This document shows, piece by piece, positions 27,845 through 37,485 of a DNA stretch of 64,000 nt. Source of the DNA: Bacteroidia bacterium (GTDB lineage Bacteria; Bacteroidota; Bacteroidia; AKYH767-A; OLB10); the NCBI GenBank assembly GCA_036274495.1, contig DASUFP010000039.1, positions 11,303 to 75,302 of the forward strand. Direction: 5' to 3'. Position 1 is the first letter of the stretch. The number at the start of each line of letters is the position of its first letter. The position numbers and the translations under genes are program-made. Under the pieces are notes generated by a model that was not told the DNA's origin, did not search any database, and saw nothing but the letters and a program-made list of their open reading frames with translations.

Positions 27845-30391
27845 ATGAGTGAAGACAATAATTCATCACAAAATTTTTTTAATACAATACGTTCGATACG
27901 TTCATTAGCACATATTTATGCAACAAATAGTGTTTTACTTTTTTTCTTTTACCTGAAGAGACTTGGATTGATTAATGACAAGTTGCTGTCGAGCAAATCT
28001 CAACTCAAATTTAATCTGCATAAAGCCATTCAAAATTCTTACAATTCAGATAGGATACTATATTCGGAACTTCAAATACTCTACAAGCTAAATGAAGAAA
28101 ATATTAATAACATACCCGAAGCTATATTAAATCAGATTCTGGGTAACATTGTTAACCTTGAGGATAGAGCAGATAATTTGATTATTAAAAATAATGTTGA
28201 ACAACTTATAAGTTCAATGGTCTCTACAAATGATAGAGAAATCGGATTATCATTTATGCCGTCGGAAGTGACAAAATTAATGTGCCAATTATCAGAAGCA
28301 AAGTCTGGCGATTATGTATATAATCCCTATGCCGGATTAGGCTCCTTGGGAGCGTATTTACCTCAAGACATTCATTTTATTGGGCAAGAATTAAATAAGA
28401 GCACATGGGCATTAGGATTTTTGAGAACTACCTTAGGCATGAATAACCCCAATTACAAATTTGTACAAGGTGATTCAATTGATGATTTTGGCTGCTTCAA
28501 ATACATTAATGAAAATCCCTATAAGTTTAAAAATTGGAATCAAAATAAACTTTACAGCCATATAATTTCCTGTCCTCCATTTGGTCTGAAAACTGCCTAT
28601 AGTGGAAAAAATGGAGAAATAATATCCGTATCATCCGAATTTCATTTGATTGAATCGGGAATTAAACTTTTAAGCAATAACGGAAAGCTCATTGCATGTA
28701 TTTCAAATGGATTTTTATTCAGACAAGGCAAGGAGGCTGAATTAAGAAAATATTTGGTAGAAAACGATTTGATTGAAACAGTCATATCACTTCCAAGCAA
28801 TCTGTTGTATAATACAGCTATCCCTACTTCCATCTTGTTAATTAATCAAAACAAGGCATTGAAAGGAAAAATCAAATTTATAGAAGGAAGACAATTAATT
28901 AGCACAGAAGATTTGCGACTTAATGTGTTGGATTTTGAAAGGATATTGAATTTATCCACATCAATTAATGATGGAGAATATCTCAGAATCGCTCCTATGG
29001 AACTGGTGGCACTTAATGAATACAATTTAATGCCCTCCAGGTATTTTCAAAAGTTTATTCCAGGAGAGCCCTTGAGCAATTTCTGTGAAATATTAAGATT
29101 TGGAAGAGATGAACAGTCATTAACTGGAAAATTTATTAGAATCCGAGACTTAAAGGGGGACCCGGCAGATTTTAGAATTAACACAAATAGCATTGCTGAA
29201 ATAAAATTACCATCGTATGCTGTTAAGATTAATAAATCCTGTCTTTTGGTTAGCACAAATTGGAAATCATTAAAACCAACCTATTTTAACTACGAAGGGA
29301 CCCCTCTTTTTTCTGGCAATGACATTATTGCAATTACATTTGATGAAAATAAAGTCAATCTTGGTTTTCTAATTGAAGAGCTTTCGTCTAAGTCTATCTT
29401 AGAACAAATAGATTTGTTGACAACAGGAACAACAGTTCCCCGATTATCAAAACAAGATTTACTCAATTTAAAGTTAGTACTCCCTCCTCTTGCAGAGCAG
29501 AATGCGAAATTTATGGGATTTATAGCAGGAGTAGCGGAATTAAAAAAAAGGGAGCTTGAATCATTTGCTAAAATAAATGGACTTGAAAATGAATTGTATG
29601 AACAAAATACATTTCTTCGTCACAAATTAGCTGGTCCTGTTAGTAATGCCCTTGGTGCATTTGAAAATATTTTTTCCATTCTCAATAGTGAAGTTGTAAG
29701 TAAACTTCCGGATGTCATGAATTTTAAACTTACTTCGAATCATCTTTATAGTTTGAATGATTATATAAACATACTGAAGAAAGGACTTGATGATATTTCT
29801 GACTCCGTAAAGAAGAAAATTACATTTGACATCAATTTTGCTAATAAAGTTAAATCTCCAATTGACATTCTCGCTTTTATAAACGCATATGTCAAGATTA
29901 AAAAGGAAAATCCAACATTAAATTACTCTATAGATGTAAAGTATGATAGTCCCGGATTTTTAGATGAAAACACTGAAACCGAATCAATAATTTATGTGAA
30001 CGGGAATGAAGAATTACTTACTGATTTATTTGATAATCTCTTAGAAAACGCTCAGGTGCATGCTTTTACCCAAGGAGCAAACAATAGAATCGAATTTTAT
30101 ATAATACCATATATAGTAAATGAAGATAAGCCCGAAATATGTATTTTGGTCTCTAACAATGGTAAGCCGTTTCCAGATGACGATGATTTAGTGTTTTCCA
30201 AAAATGGAAGTAAGGCGGGTCCAAATTCTGGTGATGGATTTGGGGGGTACTATGTTAGTGAGATTATAAAATTTCATGATGGCAAATGGGATATTATAGA
30301 TGAAACAGGACCGGAGGGTTTACCAAATACTGATTTGGCAACAACAATTGATATTACATTACCAGTAATTTCGAGTGATGCAAAAATATAA
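27845..30391 (+). CDS. Fusion protein: HsdM-like N6-adenine DNA methyltransferase domain + HsdS-like target recognition domain + histidine kinase (HisKA H-box + HATPase_c)
   Basis: Methyltransferase motif I VYNPYAGLGSLGAYL. Motif IV ISCPPFGL is a Cys variant of NPPF. The TRD ends with the type I S-subunit signature VLPPLAEQNAKF. The H-box is FLRHKLAGPVSNALGAFENIF. The ATPase N, G1 and G2 boxes are LLENAQVHA, VSNNGKPF and GDGFGGYYVSEII. Confidence 0.75.
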   Translation: MSEDNNSSQNFFNTIRSIRSLAHIYATNSVLLFFFYLKRLGLINDKLLSSKSQLKFNLHKAIQNSYNSDRILYSELQILYKLNEENINNIPEAILNQILGNIVNLEDRADNLIIKNNVEQLISSMVSTNDREIGLSFMPSEVTKLMCQLSEAKSGDYVYNPYAGLGSLGAYLPQDIHFIGQELNKSTWALGFLRTTLGMNNPNYKFVQGDSIDDFGCFKYINENPYKFKNWNQNKLYSHIISCPPFGLKTAYSGKNGEIISVSSEFHLIESGIKLLSNNGKLIACISNGFLFRQGKEAELRKYLVENDLIETVISLPSNLLYNTAIPTSILLINQNKALKGKIKFIEGRQLISTEDLRLNVLDFERILNLSTSINDGEYLRIAPMELVALNEYNLMPSRYFQKFIPGEPLSNFCEILRFGRDEQSLTGKFIRIRDLKGDPADFRINTNSIAEIKLPSYAVKINKSCLLVSTNWKSLKPTYFNYEGTPLFSGNDIIAITFDENKVNLGFLIEELSSKSILEQIDLLTTGTTVPRLSKQDLLNLKLVLPPLAEQNAKFMGFIAGVAELKKRELESFAKINGLENELYEQNTFLRHKLAGPVSNALGAFENIFSILNSEVVSKLPDVMNFKLTSNHLYSLNDYINILKKGLDDISDSVKKKITFDINFANKVKSPIDILAFINAYVKIKKENPTLNYSIDVKYDSPGFLDENTETESIIYVNGNEELLTDLFDNLLENAQVHAFTQGANNRIEFYIIPYIVNEDKPEICILVSNNGKPFPDDDDLVFSKNGSKAGPNSGDGFGGYYVSEIIKFHDGKWDIIDETGPEGLPNTDLATTIDITLPVISSDAKI

Positions 30392-31544
30392 CGTGATTTG
30401 GTTTGACGACCAATTTGACACATTAAATATCATACGAGAAGAAGCCCATTTAGCTGGCATTTCACTTGTTGGATTTTCTGACGCTCAGTCTGGTTTGCAT
30501 GAATTAGAGAAAAATTCACATTTGTATGATGCAGCCTTAGTCGATGGGAATTTCTTCATTAAACCTGGATTAAATTCTGACCAAGTTAGTGATGAAGCTC
30601 TTGACATTGTAGCTAAAGCTTTTCTTAGGCTTGAAACAAAAAAAATTATCCCATGGTTTATTCTTTCTGGTCAAGCCAATTTTACAAAAGGTGGAAACAA
30701 GTATGCTGATGTATATAAAAATGGAGAAGTTTTTGACAAAATAAATGAAAGTTCTCGTCAGGAATTATGGAATAAAATAAAAGAGGCAGCAAACCATCAA
30801 CCTGACACTCAACTTCGGCACAAATATCGTATGATTTTTGAGTTGTGCGATGAGAATTATCTGGGTATACATATGTCTGAAACATTGATGGGATTGATTC
30901 ATTTGCTTAAAGATGATTCAGAAGTGGAGCAAGGACTCCAATCTTGGAATACAATCCGGAAAGTAATTGAAAGATGTTTCATTGTACTTAACCGAATTGG
31001 CTTAATACCAGATGAGATAAATCGAACTTCTGGAAGTATAAATGGGTCAGGCTTGTTTTTGGCGGGCAAGCATTCCGATTTTCGATTGAAAAAAGAAATA
31101 GCTCCACCTGTAATTAATTTTATGATTCATAATTTGTTAGAACTTACACAAGACGGCTCTCATTCAAAAGAAGAATTAAAGCTTAAAGTAGATTTATTTG
31201 TAAAAAATCAACCAACCGGTTTTCTATTTAAAAGTAGCATTTATCAACTTTTGGAGATTCTAATTTGGCTTAAGAGCATTATTGACACTTATCCATCAAT
31301 AGATGACAACAAAAACCTTATTGAACTTCGAAGCGTCTCAAATACTGCCATTTATGAAGGCGAAATTGAACAAGACGAGCGTAAAAATTTTCACTGTGGA
31401 GAATATTTGTTAAACTTTCGTTTAGTAAATGAAAGTTACAAGGTTGGTGATATTATCAGAATATTGGATTTCACCTCTAACAACAATTCAAGAACAAATA
31501 TTTTTTATTCAAAATTTGCAACTAAATTTATAAAGATAACTTAA
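30375..31544 (+). CDS. Receiver (REC) domain protein with ~250-aa C-terminal domain of unknown function (candidate output/effector). It overlaps the kinase-fusion gene by 17 bp
   Basis: N-terminus VIWFDDQ...YDAALVDGNF...IPWFILSGQ...TKGGNK fits the REC Asp-Asp/Asp/Ser-Thr/Lys pattern. The C-terminal part is unassigned. Confidence 0.5.
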   Translation: MMQKYNVIWFDDQFDTLNIIREEAHLAGISLVGFSDAQSGLHELEKNSHLYDAALVDGNFFIKPGLNSDQVSDEALDIVAKAFLRLETKKIIPWFILSGQANFTKGGNKYADVYKNGEVFDKINESSRQELWNKIKEAANHQPDTQLRHKYRMIFELCDENYLGIHMSETLMGLIHLLKDDSEVEQGLQSWNTIRKVIERCFIVLNRIGLIPDEINRTSGSINGSGLFLAGKHSDFRLKKEIAPPVINFMIHNLLELTQDGSHSKEELKLKVDLFVKNQPTGFLFKSSIYQLLEILIWLKSIIDTYPSIDDNKNLIELRSVSNTAIYEGEIEQDERKNFHCGEYLLNFRLVNESYKVGDIIRILDFTSNNNSRTNIFYSKFATKFIKIT

Positions 31545-31551
31545 TAATCTC

Positions 31552-33027
31552 ATGACCCAAAAACAACTCGAAGACTACCTGTGGGGCGCAGCCAACATCT
31601 TGCGTGGAATGATTGATGCTGCCGATTTCAAGCAGTATATTTTTCCTTTGCTGTTTTTTAAACGAATCAGTGATTTGTGGGATGAGGAATTTGAAATTGC
31701 CAAAGTGGAGAGCGGTGGCGACTTAAAATACGCTGAGTTTGCCGAAAATCATCGGTTCCAGATTCCGAAAGGATGTCATTGGAACGATATCCGAAAAAAG
31801 ACGGTGGATGTAGGAGCCGCTTTGCAAAAGGCATTAACCGGTATTGAGAAGGCTAATTTTGAAATGCTACATGATGTATTTGGTGATGCCCAATGGACGA
31901 ACAAACGCCGGATGAGTGATGAAAAAATGCTCGACCTAATAGAACATTTCAGTAAAATGAATTTGAGTGTGAGTAATGTGCCCCACGACTTGATGGGGGA
32001 AGGGTATGAATACCTCATCAAAAAATTTGCGGATGACAGCGGGCACACGGCTGCGGAGTTTTATACCAATCGCACTGTGGTAAAACTCATGACCCAGATT
32101 ACAGACCCCAAAAGCAAAGAGAGTATATACGACCCGACATGTGGAAGTGGCGGAATTTTACTAAGTGCTGCCCTACATTTGAAAGAGCAAGGTAAAGAAT
32201 ACCGAACATTGAAGCTGTACGGACAGGAGTTGAACCTGATAACCTCTGCTATTGCCCGTATTAATATGTTTATGCATAACGTGGATGAGTTTCTTATTGT
32301 CCAAGGCGATACCCTTGACAGCCCACAAATTCTTGAAAACGATGAGTTGAAGCAATTTGATGTTATTATGGCCAATCCTCCTTATAGTGTAAAGAAATGG
32401 AGCCAGAAAAAGTGGATGAATGACCCTTTTGGACGTAATATCTGGGGTACGCCTCCCCAGGGTTGTGCCGATTATGCCTTCCAGCAGCACATTATGAAAA
32501 GCCTGAACCCTGTTACAGGACGTAGTGTGGTATTGTGGCCTCACGGAGTATTATTCCGGGATGCGGAAAATGAAATCCGTAAAAAAATGATTGAGGAAGA
32601 TTATGTGGATGCGGTTATCGGGCTTGGGAAAAATCTGTTTTACAACAGTAGTATGGAAAGTTGTTTGCTGGTGTGTAGGATGAAAAAGCCAAAGGAGCGA
32701 AAAGGAAAGATTATTTTCATTGATGCCAAAGATGAACTTAGAGTTGAGCGGACTAATGCCTGGTTGGAGCCACAGCACATTAAGAAGATAAGCGATGCAT
32801 ATTGGAAGTTTAAAGATATTGACGGTTTTGCCAAAGTAATCTCTAATAAGGAAGTGTTGGTTAACAATGGTAATCTCAGCTTACCACTCTACGTGAAGCA
32901 ATCTACTAATGCATCTGAACACAATACTCAAGAGTTAATTTCCGAAATTAAAGATAGACAGAAACAAATCAATAAGTCTATTGATAATTTGGTTGCTCAT
33001 CTTAAACAAATTGGAATAGAATCATGA
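31552..33027 (+). CDS. hsdM: Type I restriction-modification system methyltransferase subunit HsdM
   Basis: HsdM N-terminal domain LEDYLWGAANILRG. Motif I YDPTCGSGGIL. NPPY motif MANPPYSV. Confidence 0.9.
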   Translation: MTQKQLEDYLWGAANILRGMIDAADFKQYIFPLLFFKRISDLWDEEFEIAKVESGGDLKYAEFAENHRFQIPKGCHWNDIRKKTVDVGAALQKALTGIEKANFEMLHDVFGDAQWTNKRRMSDEKMLDLIEHFSKMNLSVSNVPHDLMGEGYEYLIKKFADDSGHTAAEFYTNRTVVKLMTQITDPKSKESIYDPTCGSGGILLSAALHLKEQGKEYRTLKLYGQELNLITSAIARINMFMHNVDEFLIVQGDTLDSPQILENDELKQFDVIMANPPYSVKKWSQKKWMNDPFGRNIWGTPPQGCADYAFQQHIMKSLNPVTGRSVVLWPHGVLFRDAENEIRKKMIEEDYVDAVIGLGKNLFYNSSMESCLLVCRMKKPKERKGKIIFIDAKDELRVERTNAWLEPQHIKKISDAYWKFKDIDGFAKVISNKEVLVNNGNLSLPLYVKQSTNASEHNTQELISEIKDRQKQINKSIDNLVAHLKQIGIES

Positions 33028-34184
33028 AGTTGAATAAGCATAAGTGGGGTTCGGTTAAGCTTTCCGAGGTTTGCGAAAAAACTCAAAATGTTGATATACG
33101 CAAGCAATCAGGAATATTCAGTTATATTGATATTGGGTCTATTAATTCTGATGCAAAAAGAGTATCTGAAGTCCAAATGCTGAATTGGTCAGAAGCTTCT
33201 TCAAGAGCAAGACAAATAATTCATAAAGGAGATACTCTTTTTTCAACTGTACGAGTCAATCTCGAAAGAATTGCGTTTATTGATAAGGAAATTCCTAATG
33301 CGATTGCCTCTACTGGATTTACTGTTATAAGAGCCAATAAAAAGGCTTTGCCAGAATTCTTATTTTACTCAACAAGTTCTCCGGAATTTATAGAAAGACT
33401 TTGCAAATTGCAAAAGGGGACTGCTTATCCTGCGGTTTCTGATAGAATAGTCTTTAATGAAGTTATTCCCCTCCCCTCACTCGCCGAACAAAAGCAAATA
33501 GCCGAATTATTTCAAAGCATTGAAGCTGCCATGGAACAGGTGGAGGGGCAGGAGAGGAATTTGAGGACACTTCAAAAATCCTTAGTCAATGGCTTAGTTG
33601 GCAAAAAACCAGTCTTTGGAGATTTATTGAACGCAAAAAACTGCACCCCTACAACCTTTGGTGAAATAGCCGAGTGCGACAAAAAGTACCCTGAGCATGA
33701 ATTAGAGGCGGAACGGTTTGTTGGTTTGGAGAATATTGAGGCTGATAACTTTCAACTGCTTGGTTATGGATTAGTTGCCAATGGAACCACTTTTTCCAAA
33801 CGGTTTTGCACTGGAGATGTATTGTTTGGGAAGCGAAGAGCATACTTAAAAAAAGTTGCAGTCGCAGATTTTAATGGTATATGTTCAGGTGACATCCTGG
33901 TAATAAGAGCTAAGGCTAAGAAAATGCTGCAGGGGCTTTTGCCATATTATATTTCAGCAGATGCATTCATTCAACATGCCGTCAGTACTTCTGCAGGCTC
34001 TTTATCTCCACGGACCAAATGGAAAGATTTAGCTGACTTCGAGATTTCAATACCTGATATAAAAACACAGGAGAAAATACTGGCAATCCTTAGTCAGTTT
34101 GATAATACTATTAATCAGCTCAAACAGCAGAAGGTGACATTGAAAAATTTGAAGCAAAAGTTACTGAATGAGATTTTGGGGTAA
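33024..34184 (+). CDS. hsdS: Type I restriction-modification system specificity subunit HsdS (two target recognition domains)
   Basis: Two TRDs separated by the conserved PLPSLAEQKQIAELF region, with C-terminal LKQKLLNEIL. The gene overlaps the end of hsdM. Confidence 0.85.
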   Translation: MKLNKHKWGSVKLSEVCEKTQNVDIRKQSGIFSYIDIGSINSDAKRVSEVQMLNWSEASSRARQIIHKGDTLFSTVRVNLERIAFIDKEIPNAIASTGFTVIRANKKALPEFLFYSTSSPEFIERLCKLQKGTAYPAVSDRIVFNEVIPLPSLAEQKQIAELFQSIEAAMEQVEGQERNLRTLQKSLVNGLVGKKPVFGDLLNAKNCTPTTFGEIAECDKKYPEHELEAERFVGLENIEADNFQLLGYGLVANGTTFSKRFCTGDVLFGKRRAYLKKVAVADFNGICSGDILVIRAKAKKMLQGLLPYYISADAFIQHAVSTSAGSLSPRTKWKDLADFEISIPDIKTQEKILAILSQFDNTINQLKQQKVTLKNLKQKLLNEILG

Positions 34185-34327
34185 TAGTATAGTATTGGGA
34201 TTCAATATTATAAGTTTAATTTTTTATGTCTCAGTAAAAAGGGGGCCAAGTTATATTAAAAAATTTGTCTTAGATTTGTGTTGTTCGTTTTCTGAGTGAC
34301 CTAACCCTGTGGTTAATCTAAAGTCAA

Positions 34328-36559
34328 ATGAAAATGAACAAAAAACCTTCACCTGAACCTGAAACAAAGGTTGCAAGAATCATTGGGTTATTCAAGACTT
34401 CTCCAACAGAAGCTTTTCAATCATTACTCGAAGAAGGAATTTTCTTTAACCACAAGCAAAGTGTCAATTTTTGGCAGAGTTATTCTGCAATTTACTCTGA
34501 TGAACTTGTTGTATCATTTCCTGAATCAACAGAATTATTCAACAAGTTGGTTTGGCTCAAACTGTTCCATGATTTAAATCAATTCTATAATTCGGAAAAG
34601 GATAAAAACCTAAAAGAGTTATATGCTCTCAATCCGAATCAAAAAGATTTTGTTCAAGCCCTATTTCTTTGTCTTGAACTTGGAACCTATAGTTATCCAT
34701 ACTCGACCTTTCCGATTTATTCTGGAGATTCCCTCACGGCAATTAAAACTATCCTTAAGGAAGTAAAACATCGCTTAAATCCCCAGAAACCATCTCCATA
34801 CTCCCCTGCACTTGCTCAAACGTGCAACACTCTGTTAAAAATCCAGATAGATTTGGATTCGCTCGAAGAATTCGTTGATGCATATGTATGGGCAGGACTT
34901 GAAATGGAGAAACTGAAAGATTTGCAAGGATTTTCATTATCCATTTCAGAACGAAATAAAAAAGAGCTCAATCCACTTGTATTAAATCAAATAAAGACGA
35001 TAATAAAGCGAACATATAAACAAACAGAATCACATGCTGGGATTTCGACAGAAAAACACTTTATAAAGAACGACCCTAAATGGAAGTCCAATGAAGGTAT
35101 ATTAGGGGCAATTGCCTTACATGGGGCAACTATCCATTCAAAAACACCTGGAATAACAGCGATAAATGCTGAGCCTGGAGAGTTTCCGGAATTAGACGTA
35201 ACCAATCCGCATTCTATTAATTCAATTGCGAAGAAAGCCATTGAAACATTTTTGACTCACAATTTTCATTTACAGCTAAGACAAGCAATCTCCAGTGTTT
35301 ATCAACCTAATGATGAGATAGATATCAAGACAATTCAGATTGAAGTCAAACCAAACATGTTTTTTTCACTTTTCGAGTTGATAGCTGCAATGTCAAGTCT
35401 GATTTCATGGTCGGATGCATATAGGTATTTCGCAGATTTTCCAGACAGTGGAAGCATCAAGTCTATCAAGAGGAAACTTTACCATCAGCTATCAAGCCAG
35501 GATGCAGATTTATCTGAGTTTGAAAAACACGAAATAATTAACTGGAAAATCGTGAGCGAATTTCAATTAATCAATTCAGCTCCAGAAAATATTTTCTATG
35601 CCTTATTGAGCTCAGATAGTATTATCAATAAATTTCGGGATGTTGAAGAATTAAGGGACAAGTCTCCGATTGAACTTGAATCTATTTTACATTTATTTTC
35701 AGATTTGAATATTAAAACGCCTTTTAATCCAATTTATACTGTTAATAGTGATTACTATTTTGCTAATCACAGTTGTCTTTTCAATATGAATCGCATGTTA
35801 TATGACAATTACATTTCAGATGAATTGTTCAATTCAAAAAAGCCCACGGGAAAGCAAAGAAAACATGTAGGGGATTTACAGAAAAATCGGGAATTACAAT
35901 TTGGCAATTCGATTTCAGATGTTTTTAAAGAAATAACTCCATATAGTAAAGCAAATATAAAATTTGATGGAACCAATCCTAAATATAATTTCGGTGATTT
36001 AAAGGGTGAACTGGATACGGCTGTTTATTTCGAGTCAGAAAACATATTGTTTGTAATTGAGGTGAAGTTAAGTAATGTTGCTCCAAGGAGCGAAAAAAGA
36101 AAATACACTTGGGTATACAATAATATTGCAAATAAACATAAAGTAAATTCGGGAGTAAATCAAATCAAGAAGGATTTAAAGTTATTAAGTATTGGTGTCG
36201 GGTTACAATTAATTTCAGAGGAGATTAACGCTCCGAGTACAATTACAAATCCCCGTGTTTATCCAATAATCATTACTGATAATTTCTTTGCTGACCATGA
36301 AGAATTCATATACAATGAGAGAGGAGATAAGGTTCGTTGCATCAGTTATTTTGAACTTAAACATCTCATTTTAAACAAACCGATTCACGAACAGCAAAAA
36401 TTGCCTGAATTAAAAGGAGAATCAATCGCATCACAATTAATAAAGGCAATTGATAACAATTTATTTTGGAAATTCATTACTGATGAGGCTGCAAACTATT
36501 CATACACCAAGTCCCTCACTGCCATCAATGATGAATTCAAAATAACTATGAAGATATAG
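34328..36559 (+). CDS. Large hypothetical protein (743 aa) with C-terminal PD-(D/E)xK-like nuclease motif, inserted between hsdS and hsdR
   Basis: GELDTAVYFESENILFVIEVKLS fits the Asp...Glu-x-Lys restriction-endonuclease-fold motif. No other recognizable domain. Confidence 0.4.
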   Translation: MKMNKKPSPEPETKVARIIGLFKTSPTEAFQSLLEEGIFFNHKQSVNFWQSYSAIYSDELVVSFPESTELFNKLVWLKLFHDLNQFYNSEKDKNLKELYALNPNQKDFVQALFLCLELGTYSYPYSTFPIYSGDSLTAIKTILKEVKHRLNPQKPSPYSPALAQTCNTLLKIQIDLDSLEEFVDAYVWAGLEMEKLKDLQGFSLSISERNKKELNPLVLNQIKTIIKRTYKQTESHAGISTEKHFIKNDPKWKSNEGILGAIALHGATIHSKTPGITAINAEPGEFPELDVTNPHSINSIAKKAIETFLTHNFHLQLRQAISSVYQPNDEIDIKTIQIEVKPNMFFSLFELIAAMSSLISWSDAYRYFADFPDSGSIKSIKRKLYHQLSSQDADLSEFEKHEIINWKIVSEFQLINSAPENIFYALLSSDSIINKFRDVEELRDKSPIELESILHLFSDLNIKTPFNPIYTVNSDYYFANHSCLFNMNRMLYDNYISDELFNSKKPTGKQRKHVGDLQKNRELQFGNSISDVFKEITPYSKANIKFDGTNPKYNFGDLKGELDTAVYFESENILFVIEVKLSNVAPRSEKRKYTWVYNNIANKHKVNSGVNQIKKDLKLLSIGVGLQLISEEINAPSTITNPRVYPIIITDNFFADHEEFIYNERGDKVRCISYFELKHLILNKPIHEQQKLPELKGESIASQLIKAIDNNLFWKFITDEAANYSYTKSLTAINDEFKITMKI

Positions 36560-36606
36560 TGCATAGGTGAGTTATCGGAGAATCCGATAATCTAAATCTC
36601 ACCACT

Positions 36607-37476
36607 ATGCAAAATTCTTCATTACCCAAAATCCCGTCCGTTAACTTTCACTTATGGGAACCCTGCAACATGCGTTGCGGATTTTGTTTTGCCACCTTCC
36701 AGGATGTAAAACAAACTGTTTTACCAAAAGGGCACCTTCCAAAAGATGATGCCCTGAGAATTGTAAAACTTCTGGCAGATGCCGGTTTTCAGAAAATCAC
36801 CTTTGCCGGTGGAGAGCCTACACTCTGCCCCTGGCTCACTGAGCTTATCGTTGAAGCAAAAAATGCCGGGATGACTACCATGATAGTTACAAATGGTACC
36901 GGCCTTAGCAACTCTTTCCTAAAACAGAACCGGGAATATCTGGACTGGATAGCCATCAGTATTGACAGCATCTCTCCTGAGACCAACATGGCTTCGGGCA
37001 GAGCTATCTCTGGTAACAGACCGTTAAGTTTAGCGCAATATCAGTTACTGATTGCACAGATTCATCAGTTTGGATACAACCTGAAAATTAATACCGTTAT
37101 AAACCGGTTAAATTATTTGGAAGACCTGAATGAATTTATCCGGTTTGCCAATCCTAAACGATGGAAGGTTTTGCAGGCACTGCCAATAGTTGGACAGAAC
37201 GACCGGAAAATTGATGCATTCAAAATTTCACAGCAGGAGTTCAACTTTTTCCTTCATACCCACCGGAAGTTGCATCACTTGTTAGTGCCTGAAACCAACT
37301 CTCAGATTTTAGGGTCATACGTAATGGTGGACCCAGCCGGGAGGTTTTTCGATAATTTCGAAGAAAAGCACCGGTACAGTATGTCGATTTTGGAGGTTGG
37401 GGCTCAACAAGCTTTGACGCAGGTGCATTATGATGCCTTAAAATTCCAAGACAGAGGTGGAATATATGATTGGTAG
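36607..37476 (+). CDS. Prokaryotic viperin homolog (pVip), a radical SAM antiviral enzyme
   Basis: CNMRCGFCF radical SAM cluster motif. Extended identity to human viperin is visible by eye: VNFHLWEPCNMRCGFCFATF vs NYHFTRQCNYKCGFCFHTA; YLDWIAISIDS vs YLDILAISCDS; LKINTVINRLN...NPKRWKVLQALPIVGQN vs FKINSVINRFN...NPVRWKVFQCLLIEGEN; LVPETNSQILGSYVMVD vs LVPESNQKMKDSYLILD. It ends in a C-terminal Trp like viperin. Confidence 0.85.
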   Translation: MQNSSLPKIPSVNFHLWEPCNMRCGFCFATFQDVKQTVLPKGHLPKDDALRIVKLLADAGFQKITFAGGEPTLCPWLTELIVEAKNAGMTTMIVTNGTGLSNSFLKQNREYLDWIAISIDSISPETNMASGRAISGNRPLSLAQYQLLIAQIHQFGYNLKINTVINRLNYLEDLNEFIRFANPKRWKVLQALPIVGQNDRKIDAFKISQQEFNFFLHTHRKLHHLLVPETNSQILGSYVMVDPAGRFFDNFEEKHRYSMSILEVGAQQALTQVHYDALKFQDRGGIYDW

Positions 37477-37485
37477 TTTCACGGG

